From the NCBI GenBank assembly GCA_041737595.1, contig JBGSRK010000014.1, positions 118 through 64,117 of the forward strand: a DNA stretch of 64,000 bases, given 5' to 3'. The notes below the pieces were generated by a model. It saw only the letters and a list, made by a program, of their open reading frames with translations. It was not told the DNA's origin and did no database searches. This document shows, in pieces, positions 37,552-47,072 of this stretch. A program made the position numbers and the translations under genes. Position 1 is the stretch's first letter. Each line of letters begins with the position of its first letter. The stretch is from Patescibacteria group bacterium. Lineage in GTDB: Bacteria > Patescibacteriota > CPR2 > UBA1875.

Positions 37552-38386
37552 TTCGAAGTTCTTTTAATATATCTAAGCTCATTTTTTCGTCGGTAAATCC
37601 TTTAATATCTGGAGTTTCAATTATTCCACATAAATCACATAATTTTGGATGGTTTACAATATGTTCAAATGTATTTAACCCAATTTTGCCCTTACCTATT
37701 TCTTCGTGACGATCCAGTTTAGAGCCAAGTTCTCCTTTGGAATCATTTAAGTGCATTACAATTAATCTTTCGAGTCCAATAATTTTATCGAATTCATCTA
37801 GAACTTTATCAAATTTAATTGGAGAACTAATATCATAACCAGCTGCAAATATATGACAAGTATCAATACATACTTTAATCTGTTTTGAACCAACTTTTTT
37901 AATTATGTTTGCTATTTCTTTAAAACTTGCTCCCATATGATTACCTGGTCCAGCATCAGTTTCTAATATAATAGGTATATTACTATTAGTTGATTCTAGT
38001 GCTTGTTTTAAGGCCTCTACGACCCTTTCAGTACCTTCTTTTTCACCTTTGCCACCATGAGAACCTATATGTGTAATTATCCCTTTAAAACAGGCTTTAT
38101 CTGCAAGCGTTAATCCAGAAATCAGTGCATTAATAGAGTTCATATATATATGAGGGTTATCGGATGCTAAATTTACTAAATATATCATATGACCAAATAC
38201 TGGCGAAATATTCAAAGTTTTTTGATTTTTACAAAATTCCTTTATTTCTTCTTCTGATCTAATTTTAAAACTCCAACCCCTTGGGTTAGATGTAAATATT
38301 TGAATAGTTTCGCAACCTATTGATTTTCCAGTGTCTAGTGCGTTTGAAAGTTTCCCACCGATTGATACATGTGCTCCAAGCTTCAT
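37544..38386 (-). CDS. nfo: Endonuclease IV (AP endonuclease).
   Basis: N-terminal MKLGAHVS, TIM-barrel xylose-isomerase-like His/Asp/Glu metal ligands, length 280 aa. Confidence 0.85.
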   Translation of the reverse strand: MKLGAHVSIGGKLSNALDTGKSIGCETIQIFTSNPRGWSFKIRSEEEIKEFCKNQKTLNISPVFGHMIYLVNLASDNPHIYMNSINALISGLTLADKACFKGIITHIGSHGGKGEKEGTERVVEALKQALESTNSNIPIILETDAGPGNHMGASFKEIANIIKKVGSKQIKVCIDTCHIFAAGYDISSPIKFDKVLDEFDKIIGLERLIVMHLNDSKGELGSKLDRHEEIGKGKIGLNTFEHIVNHPKLCDLCGIIETPDIKGFTDEKMSLDILKELRND

Positions 38387-38478
38387 ATATACATTATAAA
38401 ATTAAAATGCAAAAGTCTAAAGGTAAAAATATCAATTTAAAAAGCTCCCACAAAGAGAGCCTTTTAAATAAAATATTA

Positions 38479-38901
38479 TTATTTTATAAAACCACGAGCA
38501 ATTTTACCAATAACTGGTAGTTCCCATTCCTTATTTTGGTATGCTTTAGTCATTACCATAATCCAGACTACCATATAACCAATCCAGAAAACTGGGATAA
38601 GTAGTGCTGCAAGAGCGCCAATTCCAAAAGTTAATGCCGCAAGAACACTTGCAAGAACAATAATTGCAACATATATAACTACCCCTGCAACGTTTAATAA
38701 AATTGATTGCATTGCTGCAAATTTAACAAATTTATTATCCTTTTCAATTAAAAAGAAGATAAGACCACCTAACCATCCGAATAAATACGCTAAAAGTGCT
38801 GCTACATTTGGTTCTAACCCAGAACCAGTTGCTGCTGCTGCTGCTTTTGGTGCTTCTTTGACCTCTTCTTTTACTTCTTCTGTTTTTACTTCTTCTGCCA
38901 T
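38479..38901 (-). CDS. DUF4870-like small membrane protein.
   Basis: AALLAYLFGWLGGLIFFLIEKDNKFVKFAAMQS pattern. Confidence 0.5.
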   Translation of the reverse strand: MAEEVKTEEVKEEVKEAPKAAAAATGSGLEPNVAALLAYLFGWLGGLIFFLIEKDNKFVKFAAMQSILLNVAGVVIYVAIIVLASVLAALTFGIGALAALLIPVFWIGYMVVWIMVMTKAYQNKEWELPVIGKIARGFIK

Positions 38902-38988
38902 GATTCCTCCTTTTTATATCCATCGATATTAGGATATTAATTTATAATTATCTATAAACATTTTACGCTTAAATAATTTTAATATCAA

Positions 38989-39441
38989 CTAATTGTCAAT
39001 ATTATTTATAATCGTATAAGCGGCAATCCCAAAGGCTACAGATACATTTAAAGATTCTTTTATCCCCTTCATTGGGATATTAACAATCAAATCACATATA
39101 TTTATTACTTCCTCTGATAAGCCACTTACTTCATTACCAACCACAAGAGCGATATTATTCTCTTTAAATTTATTAATATTAATTGAATTTTTTGATATTT
39201 CTAGGCCAATTATCTTCATATTTTTATCTTTAAGATCTAAAATAACTTCTAGTATATTTTTAGAAATAATTATCTTTATATTTTTTTCCGCTCCAAGAGA
39301 TGTTTTTATTACTTTATTATTCGATAATGGGTCCGGAGTTATCCCACAAAAATATATATCTTTAATACCTAATGCATCAGCAGTTCTAATAATTGAACCA
39401 ACATTATGTGCACTTCTAATATTATCAAGTATTATAATCAT
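38989..39441 (-). CDS. SpoU-class tRNA/rRNA 2'-O-methyltransferase, TrmL-like.
   Basis: IILDNIRSAHNVGSIIRTADALG SPOUT motif. Length 150 aa. Confidence 0.75.
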   Translation of the reverse strand: MIIILDNIRSAHNVGSIIRTADALGIKDIYFCGITPDPLSNNKVIKTSLGAEKNIKIIISKNILEVILDLKDKNMKIIGLEISKNSININKFKENNIALVVGNEVSGLSEEVINICDLIVNIPMKGIKESLNVSVAFGIAAYTIINNIDN

Positions 39442-39526
39442 ATAAGTATCTTAATATATCAGATATTTTTTTTAAAGCTAATATTATAATGTTTTTATAT
39501 ATAAGATATTTATTCTAAATAAATTC

Positions 39527-39555
39527 TTGATATATTTAGTTAAATCTGTTAGAAT
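39527..39555 (+). promoter_or_regulatory. Sigma-70-type promoter for rpmA.
   Basis: TTGATA, 17 nt, then TAGAAT. It lies about 25 nt upstream of the rpmA start. Confidence 0.5.
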
Positions 39556-39578
39556 ATTTAAGTTAAAAAAGGCGAGAT

Positions 39579-39860
39579 ATGGCCCATACAAAGGCAGGCA
39601 GATCTACAAGATTAGGCCGCGATTCACAGTCAAAAAGATTAGGTGTTAAAAAATTCGGTGGTGAAAGAGTAAAATCCGGTAATATTTTGATTAGACAAAG
39701 AGGATCAAAATGGGATGCAGGTAAAAACACTAGTGTTGGTAGCGATGATACAATATTTGCTACAACAGATGGTGTTATTAAATTTGAACAAAAAGCTAAG
39801 ACAACCTTTACTGGTAAAAAAATTAGAAAAACTATTATAAACGTAGTCACGCAAAATTAA
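39579..39860 (+). CDS. rpmA: 50S ribosomal protein L27.
   Basis: [29 protein letters not shown] matches the L27 N-terminus. Confidence 0.9.
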   Translation: MAHTKAGRSTRLGRDSQSKRLGVKKFGGERVKSGNILIRQRGSKWDAGKNTSVGSDDTIFATTDGVIKFEQKAKTTFTGKKIRKTIINVVTQN

Positions 39861-39880
39861 TCAGCCCCATAAAATAATCA

Positions 39881-39912
39881 AAAAACCAGAGAGTAATTCT
39901 CTGGTTTTTTGA
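39881..39912 (+). terminator. Intrinsic terminator of rpmA.
   Basis: aaaaccagagag taat tctctggtttttt. Confidence 0.75.
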
Positions 39913-39926
39913 TTATTTTATTTTTA

Positions 39927-40370
39927 TTAGGATCTATCAATAGCAATTTTTATTTTTACTTCTACCCCATGCCCAAGTTTTACATTTACTTCATGAACTC
40001 CTAATTCCTTAATCGGTTCTTCTATTTCTATAGCAGAACCATCAATATCAAATTTGTTTTTGTTAATTGCATCTGCAATTTCTTTTACTCCAACAGAACC
40101 ATAAAGATGTCCTTCTTCATTAACTTCTTCAACTAAAACAATCTTTGTTTTTTTAAGTTTTTCTGCAATTTTTTTTACTTTATCAACATTCTCTGATTCT
40201 TCTTTTTTTATTTTTACTAATTTAGCTTGGATTTCTTTCATTTTTTCATCACTTGCAACCTCTGCTAACCCCCTTCGGATTAAAAAGTTTCGTGCATATC
40301 CCTCTGAAACTTCTTTAACATCCCCCACTTTGTAATCTTCAACATTTTGTAAAAATATTACTTTAGTCAT
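39927..40370 (-). CDS. rplI: 50S ribosomal protein L9.
   Basis: MTKVIFLQNVEDYKVGDVKEVSEGYARNFL matches the L9 N-domain. Confidence 0.9.
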   Translation of the reverse strand: MTKVIFLQNVEDYKVGDVKEVSEGYARNFLIRRGLAEVASDEKMKEIQAKLVKIKKEESENVDKVKKIAEKLKKTKIVLVEEVNEEGHLYGSVGVKEIADAINKNKFDIDGSAIEIEEPIKELGVHEVNVKLGHGVEVKIKIAIDRS

Positions 40371-40381
40371 AAATTCCTTTC

Positions 40382-41617
40382 TTATTTAAGCGTTTCTAAT
40401 GCTTTATCAAGTTGAGGGTCTTTCCCTAAATTATAATCATCTTCTGTCATTTTAACCTCAATATCTGGTAAAATTCCTTCTTTACCAATATTTTTTCCAT
40501 TTGGAGTATACCAATGAGCGACTGTAATTCTCATTTTAGAACCATTAGAAAGATTTTCTATTTCTTGTACTGAACCCTTACCAAAAGTTTTTTCACCAAT
40601 TAATGTTCCTCTTTTATGATCTTTTATTGCACCCGCAACTATTTCAGATGCTGAAGCTGAACCATTATTTACTAACACTACAATTTTTATGTCATTTGAA
40701 ACAGCTATACCATTTCCGGTTGCTTTATATGCATTATTTTTAGCAAAAAGAGTGTCTTTTTTTTCTGTTACAATAACACCATCTTTTATAAATTCTGAAG
40801 CAACAGTGACAGACTCGTCTAAATAACCACCCGGGTTATCTCTAAGATCAATAATAATTTTATCAATATCTTTAGAAACAAAATCATTCAATACAATTTT
40901 TAAATCGTTTGTAGTATTTTCATCAAATCGATTAATTGAAATATACCCTACATCTTTATTTTTAATTTCTGATTTAACACTTTTTACAGTAATTTTTGCT
41001 CTAGTTATTTCATATAGTTTTTCTATGCCATTTTTTTCAATTGTTAATTTTACTATACTCCCTTCATCTCCTCTAATTTTTGAAACTGCTAAATTTATGT
41101 CCATACCTGCAGTAATTTCATTATTAATTTTTGAAATATGGTCACCTGCAACTATCCCAGCTTTTTTTGCCGGGGATTCATCAATTGGAGCTATAACTGT
41201 TAATTTATTATCTCTTATGCCAATTTCTGCACCAATCCCTGATATAACTCCCGAAAGGTCATTAGAAAGTTGCTTTGATTCTTCAGGGGTCATAAATGCA
41301 GTATATGGGTCACCTATTGCTCTAGTCATACCATCAATTGCTCCATAAACCATTTTCTGATAATCTAATTTACCATCATAATTTTTTTCAAGTAAATCCC
41401 ATGCTCTCCAAAAAACCGAGAAATCTACAGATGAATTACTAGAGCCTCTCCCAGATAAGTCTGGGGTATACCCATAACCTGAAAATTTAGCATCTTGTCG
41501 CCCTAATATCCAACCAAATATAAAGATAAAAACAAATAAAGCACCAAGGATAATCCTTTTGCTTTTATCTTTTTTATTTATACTTTCTTTAATAAATTTA
41601 TTTGCCATGCCATACAA
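40382..41617 (-). CDS. Carboxyl-terminal processing protease (S41 family) with a PDZ domain.
   Basis: PDZ segment, DLRDNPGG, and a catalytic Ser/Lys region. N-terminal TM helix. Confidence 0.85.
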   Translation of the reverse strand: MYGMANKFIKESINKKDKSKRIILGALFVFIFIFGWILGRQDAKFSGYGYTPDLSGRGSSNSSVDFSVFWRAWDLLEKNYDGKLDYQKMVYGAIDGMTRAIGDPYTAFMTPEESKQLSNDLSGVISGIGAEIGIRDNKLTVIAPIDESPAKKAGIVAGDHISKINNEITAGMDINLAVSKIRGDEGSIVKLTIEKNGIEKLYEITRAKITVKSVKSEIKNKDVGYISINRFDENTTNDLKIVLNDFVSKDIDKIIIDLRDNPGGYLDESVTVASEFIKDGVIVTEKKDTLFAKNNAYKATGNGIAVSNDIKIVVLVNNGSASASEIVAGAIKDHKRGTLIGEKTFGKGSVQEIENLSNGSKMRITVAHWYTPNGKNIGKEGILPDIEVKMTEDDYNLGKDPQLDKALETLK

Positions 41618-41709
41618 TTTTAACAGAAAAAATAGAAATTTAAAATCAAATATTATATGTATTCTAACTTAATTTATTTAGAAATAGAGAAACTACACTT
41701 CAGTAATTA

Positions 41710-42903
41710 TTAGTGAATATAATTTGGATCCCAGTCAGTTCCAATAGTAGAAATTGGGATGTCCATATAATTTAATGGGTCAACTGCATTCCCTGGATAA
41801 GGTCCAACTCCTTGTTCTGACCATCCTGATGGAGTTATAAATAATGAAAAATGAAAATGTGGTGACCAATAAGGGGTTCCCCCTACCCAACCAACTAAAG
41901 TATTAGATGTTACTTTATCTCCAACATTAAGCATTGTTTCTGTAATCATGTGAGCATAAAGGGCATAAAATTCTATATCTTGATTTTCAATATTTACTTT
42001 ATCCATTTTTATCATCGCCCAATTTCCCCATCCACCAGAAGGAGAAGAGCCTTTTGCAAAAACAGTCCCCTTGCCTACTGAGTTTATCTCGGTTCCTGTT
42101 TCAACACCAACATCAAATCCATTATGAATATTGCCTCGATAAGCATTATCAACACCTGCAAATTCTGTCATACCAAATCCTTGAGAAACATACCCACAAC
42201 TCAAAGGAAAGTTAAAAACTGAATATTTTGCTTTTATTATCTTTCCTTCACTTTTACAATAAGCTGTATTTGCCCACGTACCAAATTTTTCAATAAATCT
42301 GTCTCTAATTCTCCTTTCTTCTTCTTCGACCTGAACAAGGTTTGCAACTTTATCGGTTTTTTGTGTATCTATGCTTGTTCTAAGTAATACTTGTATGGTT
42401 TTTAAGGTAGATAAGGACTTTCTTCTTTTTTGAGCATCTTTTTTTAATGCGCTAATACTATCTGATAATTCTTTTAAATTCTCATTTGTTACATTTAAAT
42501 ATTCTGTCCGATCGATAAAATCTGAAAAAGTTTTTGAACTAAATATAAGTTCAAAAAATGATTTATTCCCGTCTTCATAAAGAGCTTTAAGATTTTCAGA
42601 TAAATACCCCTGTTGTTTTTTTAGCTCACTTTCTATTTTTATAAGTTCATCTTCGTTAGATTTAATAGAAGTATCTGTTTTTACTAGTTCATCTTCTAAA
42701 TATTTAAGTTGGTTATCATATCCTTCTATTTGTGTTACTAATTGCTGTCTTTGTTGTCCAAGACTCATTATCTGATTCTTTATTTGTTCTAGATTCTCTG
42801 CCCAACCAAAATATGGGAAAACAAATATTAAAGAAACTAAAATTAGTCCCCAAACAATTATTCCTATTTTTAAATTTTTGTATTTCCCCCTAAATAATTT
42901 CAA
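41710..42903 (-). CDS. EnvC-like coiled-coil M23 peptidase.
   Basis: N-terminal coiled coil. M23 motifs HNGFD and HFHFS. Confidence 0.8.
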   Translation of the reverse strand: MKLFRGKYKNLKIGIIVWGLILVSLIFVFPYFGWAENLEQIKNQIMSLGQQRQQLVTQIEGYDNQLKYLEDELVKTDTSIKSNEDELIKIESELKKQQGYLSENLKALYEDGNKSFFELIFSSKTFSDFIDRTEYLNVTNENLKELSDSISALKKDAQKRRKSLSTLKTIQVLLRTSIDTQKTDKVANLVQVEEEERRIRDRFIEKFGTWANTAYCKSEGKIIKAKYSVFNFPLSCGYVSQGFGMTEFAGVDNAYRGNIHNGFDVGVETGTEINSVGKGTVFAKGSSPSGGWGNWAMIKMDKVNIENQDIEFYALYAHMITETMLNVGDKVTSNTLVGWVGGTPYWSPHFHFSLFITPSGWSEQGVGPYPGNAVDPLNYMDIPISTIGTDWDPNYIH

Positions 42904-42916
42904 ATAACCCCCTAGG

Positions 42917-44110
42917 TTACCAAGGTATTACAGCCTTATATACCTGTGAAATACTATAAGCATGATTGGTTCCAAAATATGGATCATTAATATAATATTT
43001 ACCACCAGATGTACTTTTGGCTAATACAAAGTGAGTATCTCCATAGCTGTTAAGGTATAAACCAAAAATAACAGGCTTACCTTGAGATAAGGCAAGATTT
43101 ATTGCAGTCCAATTCCCAGTCACATTTTGACCATAACTACCTATCATATAACCATCATAAGTAAAACTATGTCTTGAAGCCTCAACAGGTGGAGTTACTC
43201 CGTGTGCCATTGCTAAACTTGTAATTAGACAGCCATAATTCGCATAAGTACAGTCCCAGCAGGGAGCATATTTTTGACTGCCCCAGGGAGATGAAGTTTG
43301 ATTATAATATAAAGGAGTATTAGATGAGACTAGATCACCATTTGCAACACTTTGACAACCACCAGCGGCTATACAATGTAAAATACCCATTCTTGCATTG
43401 TTGCTATTAACAACTGATTGATATGCACTTTCACTCCCATTAGTTTGGACTAGTAAATAATCTTTTTGCTGTTTTTTTATATTTATACTTGTTCTTTGAG
43501 ATAGTGTTTCAGATTTTAATTGTTGTGCTTTATTTCTCTTGGTTTCCATTTCCTTTTTTTTTGAATCTAATTCATTTTTTAAATCAAGAATTTTTGTAGC
43601 ATTTTCTTTTATATTTAATTGCATAACTTCAATATATTCACTTCTATCTAAAAATTCAGAAAAACTTTGAGATTTTGCAATAAGTTCAATATTTGAGACT
43701 TGTCCATCTTCATACATAACACGCATTATTTCACCAAGTTGTGCTTGTCGTATTTTTAAATCACTTTCAGCTTGAGTTATTTGAACACCGATATTGCTTA
43801 TTTGTATAGTGGTAAGATCAATTTCCTTTTGAGCAGAATTAATTTGTAACTGCAACTGATATATTTGAGAATTAAAAAGAGAAATTTCCTCGCTTAATGT
43901 TCTTTTTTTCCCTTGTAGTTGAGTAATTTGCGCTTGAGCTGCAGCACTTTCCGCGTTTAATCTGTCTATTTCCGCTTGAGCCTCTGCTTGAGTCATAGCA
44001 AAAACTTGCAAAGGCATTAAAAATAGCGCCAAACCAATAACTATAGCTTGTGCGCCTTTTATAAATTTAGAAAATATTTGTTTTTGTATTGACCCCTGCT
44101 TTTTGTTCAT
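42917..44110 (-). CDS. PcsB-like protein with a coiled coil and a C-terminal Cys/His peptidase-like domain.
   Basis: N-terminal coiled coil with an AQAQ repeat. The C-terminal domain has a Cys cluster and conserved His. It lies directly downstream of ftsEX. Confidence 0.55.
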   Translation of the reverse strand: MNKKQGSIQKQIFSKFIKGAQAIVIGLALFLMPLQVFAMTQAEAQAEIDRLNAESAAAQAQITQLQGKKRTLSEEISLFNSQIYQLQLQINSAQKEIDLTTIQISNIGVQITQAESDLKIRQAQLGEIMRVMYEDGQVSNIELIAKSQSFSEFLDRSEYIEVMQLNIKENATKILDLKNELDSKKKEMETKRNKAQQLKSETLSQRTSINIKKQQKDYLLVQTNGSESAYQSVVNSNNARMGILHCIAAGGCQSVANGDLVSSNTPLYYNQTSSPWGSQKYAPCWDCTYANYGCLITSLAMAHGVTPPVEASRHSFTYDGYMIGSYGQNVTGNWTAINLALSQGKPVIFGLYLNSYGDTHFVLAKSTSGGKYYINDPYFGTNHAYSISQVYKAVIPW

Positions 44111-44233
44111 TTTCCCTCTGTATGCATATTATATTACTTTTACCAAATGCTTGTCAATAGTTTAAGCACAAAAATATAATATATTTAAGTAATAAAAGAT
44201 CGTATTTTATTATATCATTTATAAGAAAGAATA

Positions 44234-45148
44234 CTACTTAGCACTTTTTAAATACTTACGTAGTGCTAACCATGAACTAGTTACACCGATGATAATACCA
44301 ATCCCGAGTTGAACAAGTAAAATAACAACAACATTATTATATAAATATGAATTAACATCTGACCCAACCCCTCCAAAATAATTTGTAAGTGATGGACCTG
44401 TGTAATAAAGAATCGCTGCAAGTGAAATCATAGTTATAATTGTTGCAATAATTCCATAAAGTGCACCTTCAAGAATAAAAGGACCTCTTATAAACCAATT
44501 TGTGGCACCTACCAGTCTCATAATTTCAATATCATCTTTTTGTGAAAATATTGCAATTCTGATTGTATTAAAAACAATAATAAGAGTAATAAGAGCAAAG
44601 GCGGTTGTTGCTCCAATACCTACTTTTTTAATAAATTCTGTTGCACTAAAAAGCTTATCAATAACTATCTTATTTTCTTTATAACTAACTTTTCTAATTA
44701 ACCCCTTATAATTATCTTCTTCAAAAACCTTAGTGACTTGCTCAAGCTTTGCGGGATCATAAACTTTTACCTCAAGTGAAGCTGGAAGTGGGTTATCTAT
44801 ACCTTCTAGGGATTCAAGCAATTTTTGATTATTTTTATTCTGTTCTTTATATCGTATTAATGCTTCGTCTTTTGAAACATATTTAACTGATTTAACATCT
44901 GAACTGTCAGCAATTACTTTCTGTAAATCTAAAATATCTTCTTCTTTTGCAGTGTCATTTAAATATGCAGAAACATCAATTTTTTCTTGAATTGCTTGTA
45001 TCCCAGTCGTAAGTGCGATATTTACAATTAAAAAGGTAGAAAGCGACAAAAGAGTTAATACCATTATTGTGGTTGAGGCAAAAGATAAGACTCCATTTCT
45101 TACGAAATTTGTAAAACCAGCTTTAATTATTCTCCACATTGTAATCAT
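44234..45148 (-). CDS. ftsX: Cell division ABC transporter permease FtsX.
   Basis: Four TM helices with a large extracellular loop. It overlaps ftsE by 4 nt. Confidence 0.85.
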   Translation of the reverse strand: MITMWRIIKAGFTNFVRNGVLSFASTTIMVLTLLSLSTFLIVNIALTTGIQAIQEKIDVSAYLNDTAKEEDILDLQKVIADSSDVKSVKYVSKDEALIRYKEQNKNNQKLLESLEGIDNPLPASLEVKVYDPAKLEQVTKVFEEDNYKGLIRKVSYKENKIVIDKLFSATEFIKKVGIGATTAFALITLIIVFNTIRIAIFSQKDDIEIMRLVGATNWFIRGPFILEGALYGIIATIITMISLAAILYYTGPSLTNYFGGVGSDVNSYLYNNVVVILLVQLGIGIIIGVTSSWLALRKYLKSAK

Positions 45149-45825
45149 ACGGTATATTTCCCCACTTTTTCATCTTTAATAATTTTACCCTTAGAAAGAG
45201 TTATAACTCGTTTCTTAAGGTTATCAACGATATCTTTATTGTGAGTAGTAAGGAGTACGGTAGTCCCAAAGCTATTTATTTTAAGAAGTAAGTCGATAAT
45301 TTCCCAGGCATTTTTTGGATCAAGATTTCCTGTAGGTTCGTCTGCAATTAATATTTTTGGTTGGTGGACAAGCGCTCTTGCAATTACTACTCTCTGTTTT
45401 TCTCCGCCAGAGAGCTCATCAGGCGTACATTTTGAATTTTTAGAAAGGCCAACAAGCTGAAGAATTTTAGGAACTCTTTCTCTAATTTCTTTGTTTGAAA
45501 TTCCAGCTACTTCAAGAGCATATGAAACATTCTCATATACACTTTTTTTGGGAAGAAGTTTAAAATCTTGATAAACAATTCCTATTTTTCTGCGTAGATA
45601 TGGTATATTTCTTTTTGGGAATTTTGAATAATCAATTCCACCAACATTAATTTTCCCCTTTGTTGGTTTTTCTTCCATATTAATAAGTTTAATCATAGTT
45701 GATTTACCGGCACCAGAATGTCCAACAACACAAACAAACTCTCTAGGTTTTATACTTAGAGAAACGTCATCTAGTGCAGCTTTATCTTTTAAATATATTT
45801 TAGAAACGTTTTCAAATTTTATCAA
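45145..45825 (-). CDS. ftsE: Cell division ATP-binding protein FtsE.
   Basis: Walker [24 protein letters not shown], and [12 protein letters not shown]. Confidence 0.9.
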   Translation of the reverse strand: MIKFENVSKIYLKDKAALDDVSLSIKPREFVCVVGHSGAGKSTMIKLINMEEKPTKGKINVGGIDYSKFPKRNIPYLRRKIGIVYQDFKLLPKKSVYENVSYALEVAGISNKEIRERVPKILQLVGLSKNSKCTPDELSGGEKQRVVIARALVHQPKILIADEPTGNLDPKNAWEIIDLLLKINSFGTTVLLTTHNKDIVDNLKKRVITLSKGKIIKDEKVGKYTV

Positions 45826-45884
45826 GCGAACCCCCTCATATATTCAATTGTAACAATTGAATATATAATTCTCAAGTATGAAAT

Positions 45885-46976
45885 TTATTTTTCTTCAATT
45901 GGAGTTTTAAGATAAGCTTCAATAAAAATATCTAAATTACCGTCTAAAACCCCTGAAGTGTCTGAGGTTTCTGTATTATTCCTATGGTCCTTAACCATTT
46001 GGTAAGGATGAATTACATATGACCGAATTTGAGATCCCCATTCTGCAGTCATATTTTCACCTTTAATAATCTTAAGCTCTTTTTCTCTTTCTGAATCAGT
46101 GAGTATTTGAAGTCTTGATTTTAATACTTTCATTGCTTTGGCTCTATTTTGTATTTGTGAACGTTCATTTTGACACGTGACGACTGTGCCCGTTGGAATA
46201 TGTGTAATTCTAACAGCTGAATCGGTAGTATTAACAGATTGTCCCCCATGCCCAGATGCTCTATATGTGTCAATTTTTAGATCAGATTCAGGTATAGATA
46301 TATCGGTTTTTTCAATCTCTGGGATTACCTCAACTAAAGAAAAAGAAGTATGTCTTGCTTTATCAGAATCATAAGGTGATATTCTTACAAGTCTGTGAAC
46401 TCCTCTTTCTGATTTTAATTGACCATAAGCAAACGCTCCAGAGATTTCGATAGTTGCCCCCTTAATGCCCGCTTCAGCCCCTGGAGTAGAATGAATAATA
46501 GTAGCAGTAAGATTATGTTTTTCGGTATATTTTAAATACATAGTAAGAAGCATTTCTGACCAATCTTGGGCATCTACTCCTCCAGCCCCGGAATATATCG
46601 AAAGTATTGCATTTTCTTGATCATATTTACCTGAATAGTATGTTTCTGTTTCATGCTCTTTTAATTCTTTTTCTAACTCTTTGGATTTATTTTCAATTTC
46701 TAAAAATATTTCATCCTCTTTTTCTGTATTTTCTAAAAGCTCGATAAGTTCAGTGGCTTCTTTTTCCATTTTTCTCCATGGAGCTACAATTTGTTTAATA
46801 TTATTTATTTTTTTAGTAATGTCTTGAGCATTTTCAGTATCATCCCAAAAATTACTTTTTAGAGATCCTTCTTCTAAAAAATCGAGCTCTATCTCTTTTT
46901 TATCCAATCCCAAGACATTAATTGCCTCAGCAATTCTATTTTTTATATCAATTAATTTTTCTTTTAACTCTTTCAT
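45885..46976 (-). CDS. prfB: Peptide chain release factor 2. It is encoded as one uninterrupted frame with no programmed +1 frameshift site.
   Basis: GGQ motif SGHGGQSVNTTDSAVRITH. The tripeptide anticodon region reads SPY (RISPYDSDKARHTSF). Confidence 0.85.
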   Translation of the reverse strand: MKELKEKLIDIKNRIAEAINVLGLDKKEIELDFLEEGSLKSNFWDDTENAQDITKKINNIKQIVAPWRKMEKEATELIELLENTEKEDEIFLEIENKSKELEKELKEHETETYYSGKYDQENAILSIYSGAGGVDAQDWSEMLLTMYLKYTEKHNLTATIIHSTPGAEAGIKGATIEISGAFAYGQLKSERGVHRLVRISPYDSDKARHTSFSLVEVIPEIEKTDISIPESDLKIDTYRASGHGGQSVNTTDSAVRITHIPTGTVVTCQNERSQIQNRAKAMKVLKSRLQILTDSEREKELKIIKGENMTAEWGSQIRSYVIHPYQMVKDHRNNTETSDTSGVLDGNLDIFIEAYLKTPIEEK

Positions 46977-47019
46977 ATTTTATCTATTTTAACATTATAT
47001 TAACTGTCTTCATAACCAA

Positions 47020-47052
47020 AGAGGCACTTTACTAATGTACATTAGTAAAGTG
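47020..47052 (-). terminator. Bidirectional terminator between the surface-protein gene and prfB.
   Basis: Perfect 15-bp inverted repeat ggcactttactaatg ta cattagtaaagtgcc with T-rich flanks. Confidence 0.6.
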
Positions 47053-47072
47053 CCAACCTTTTATTGCTTATT

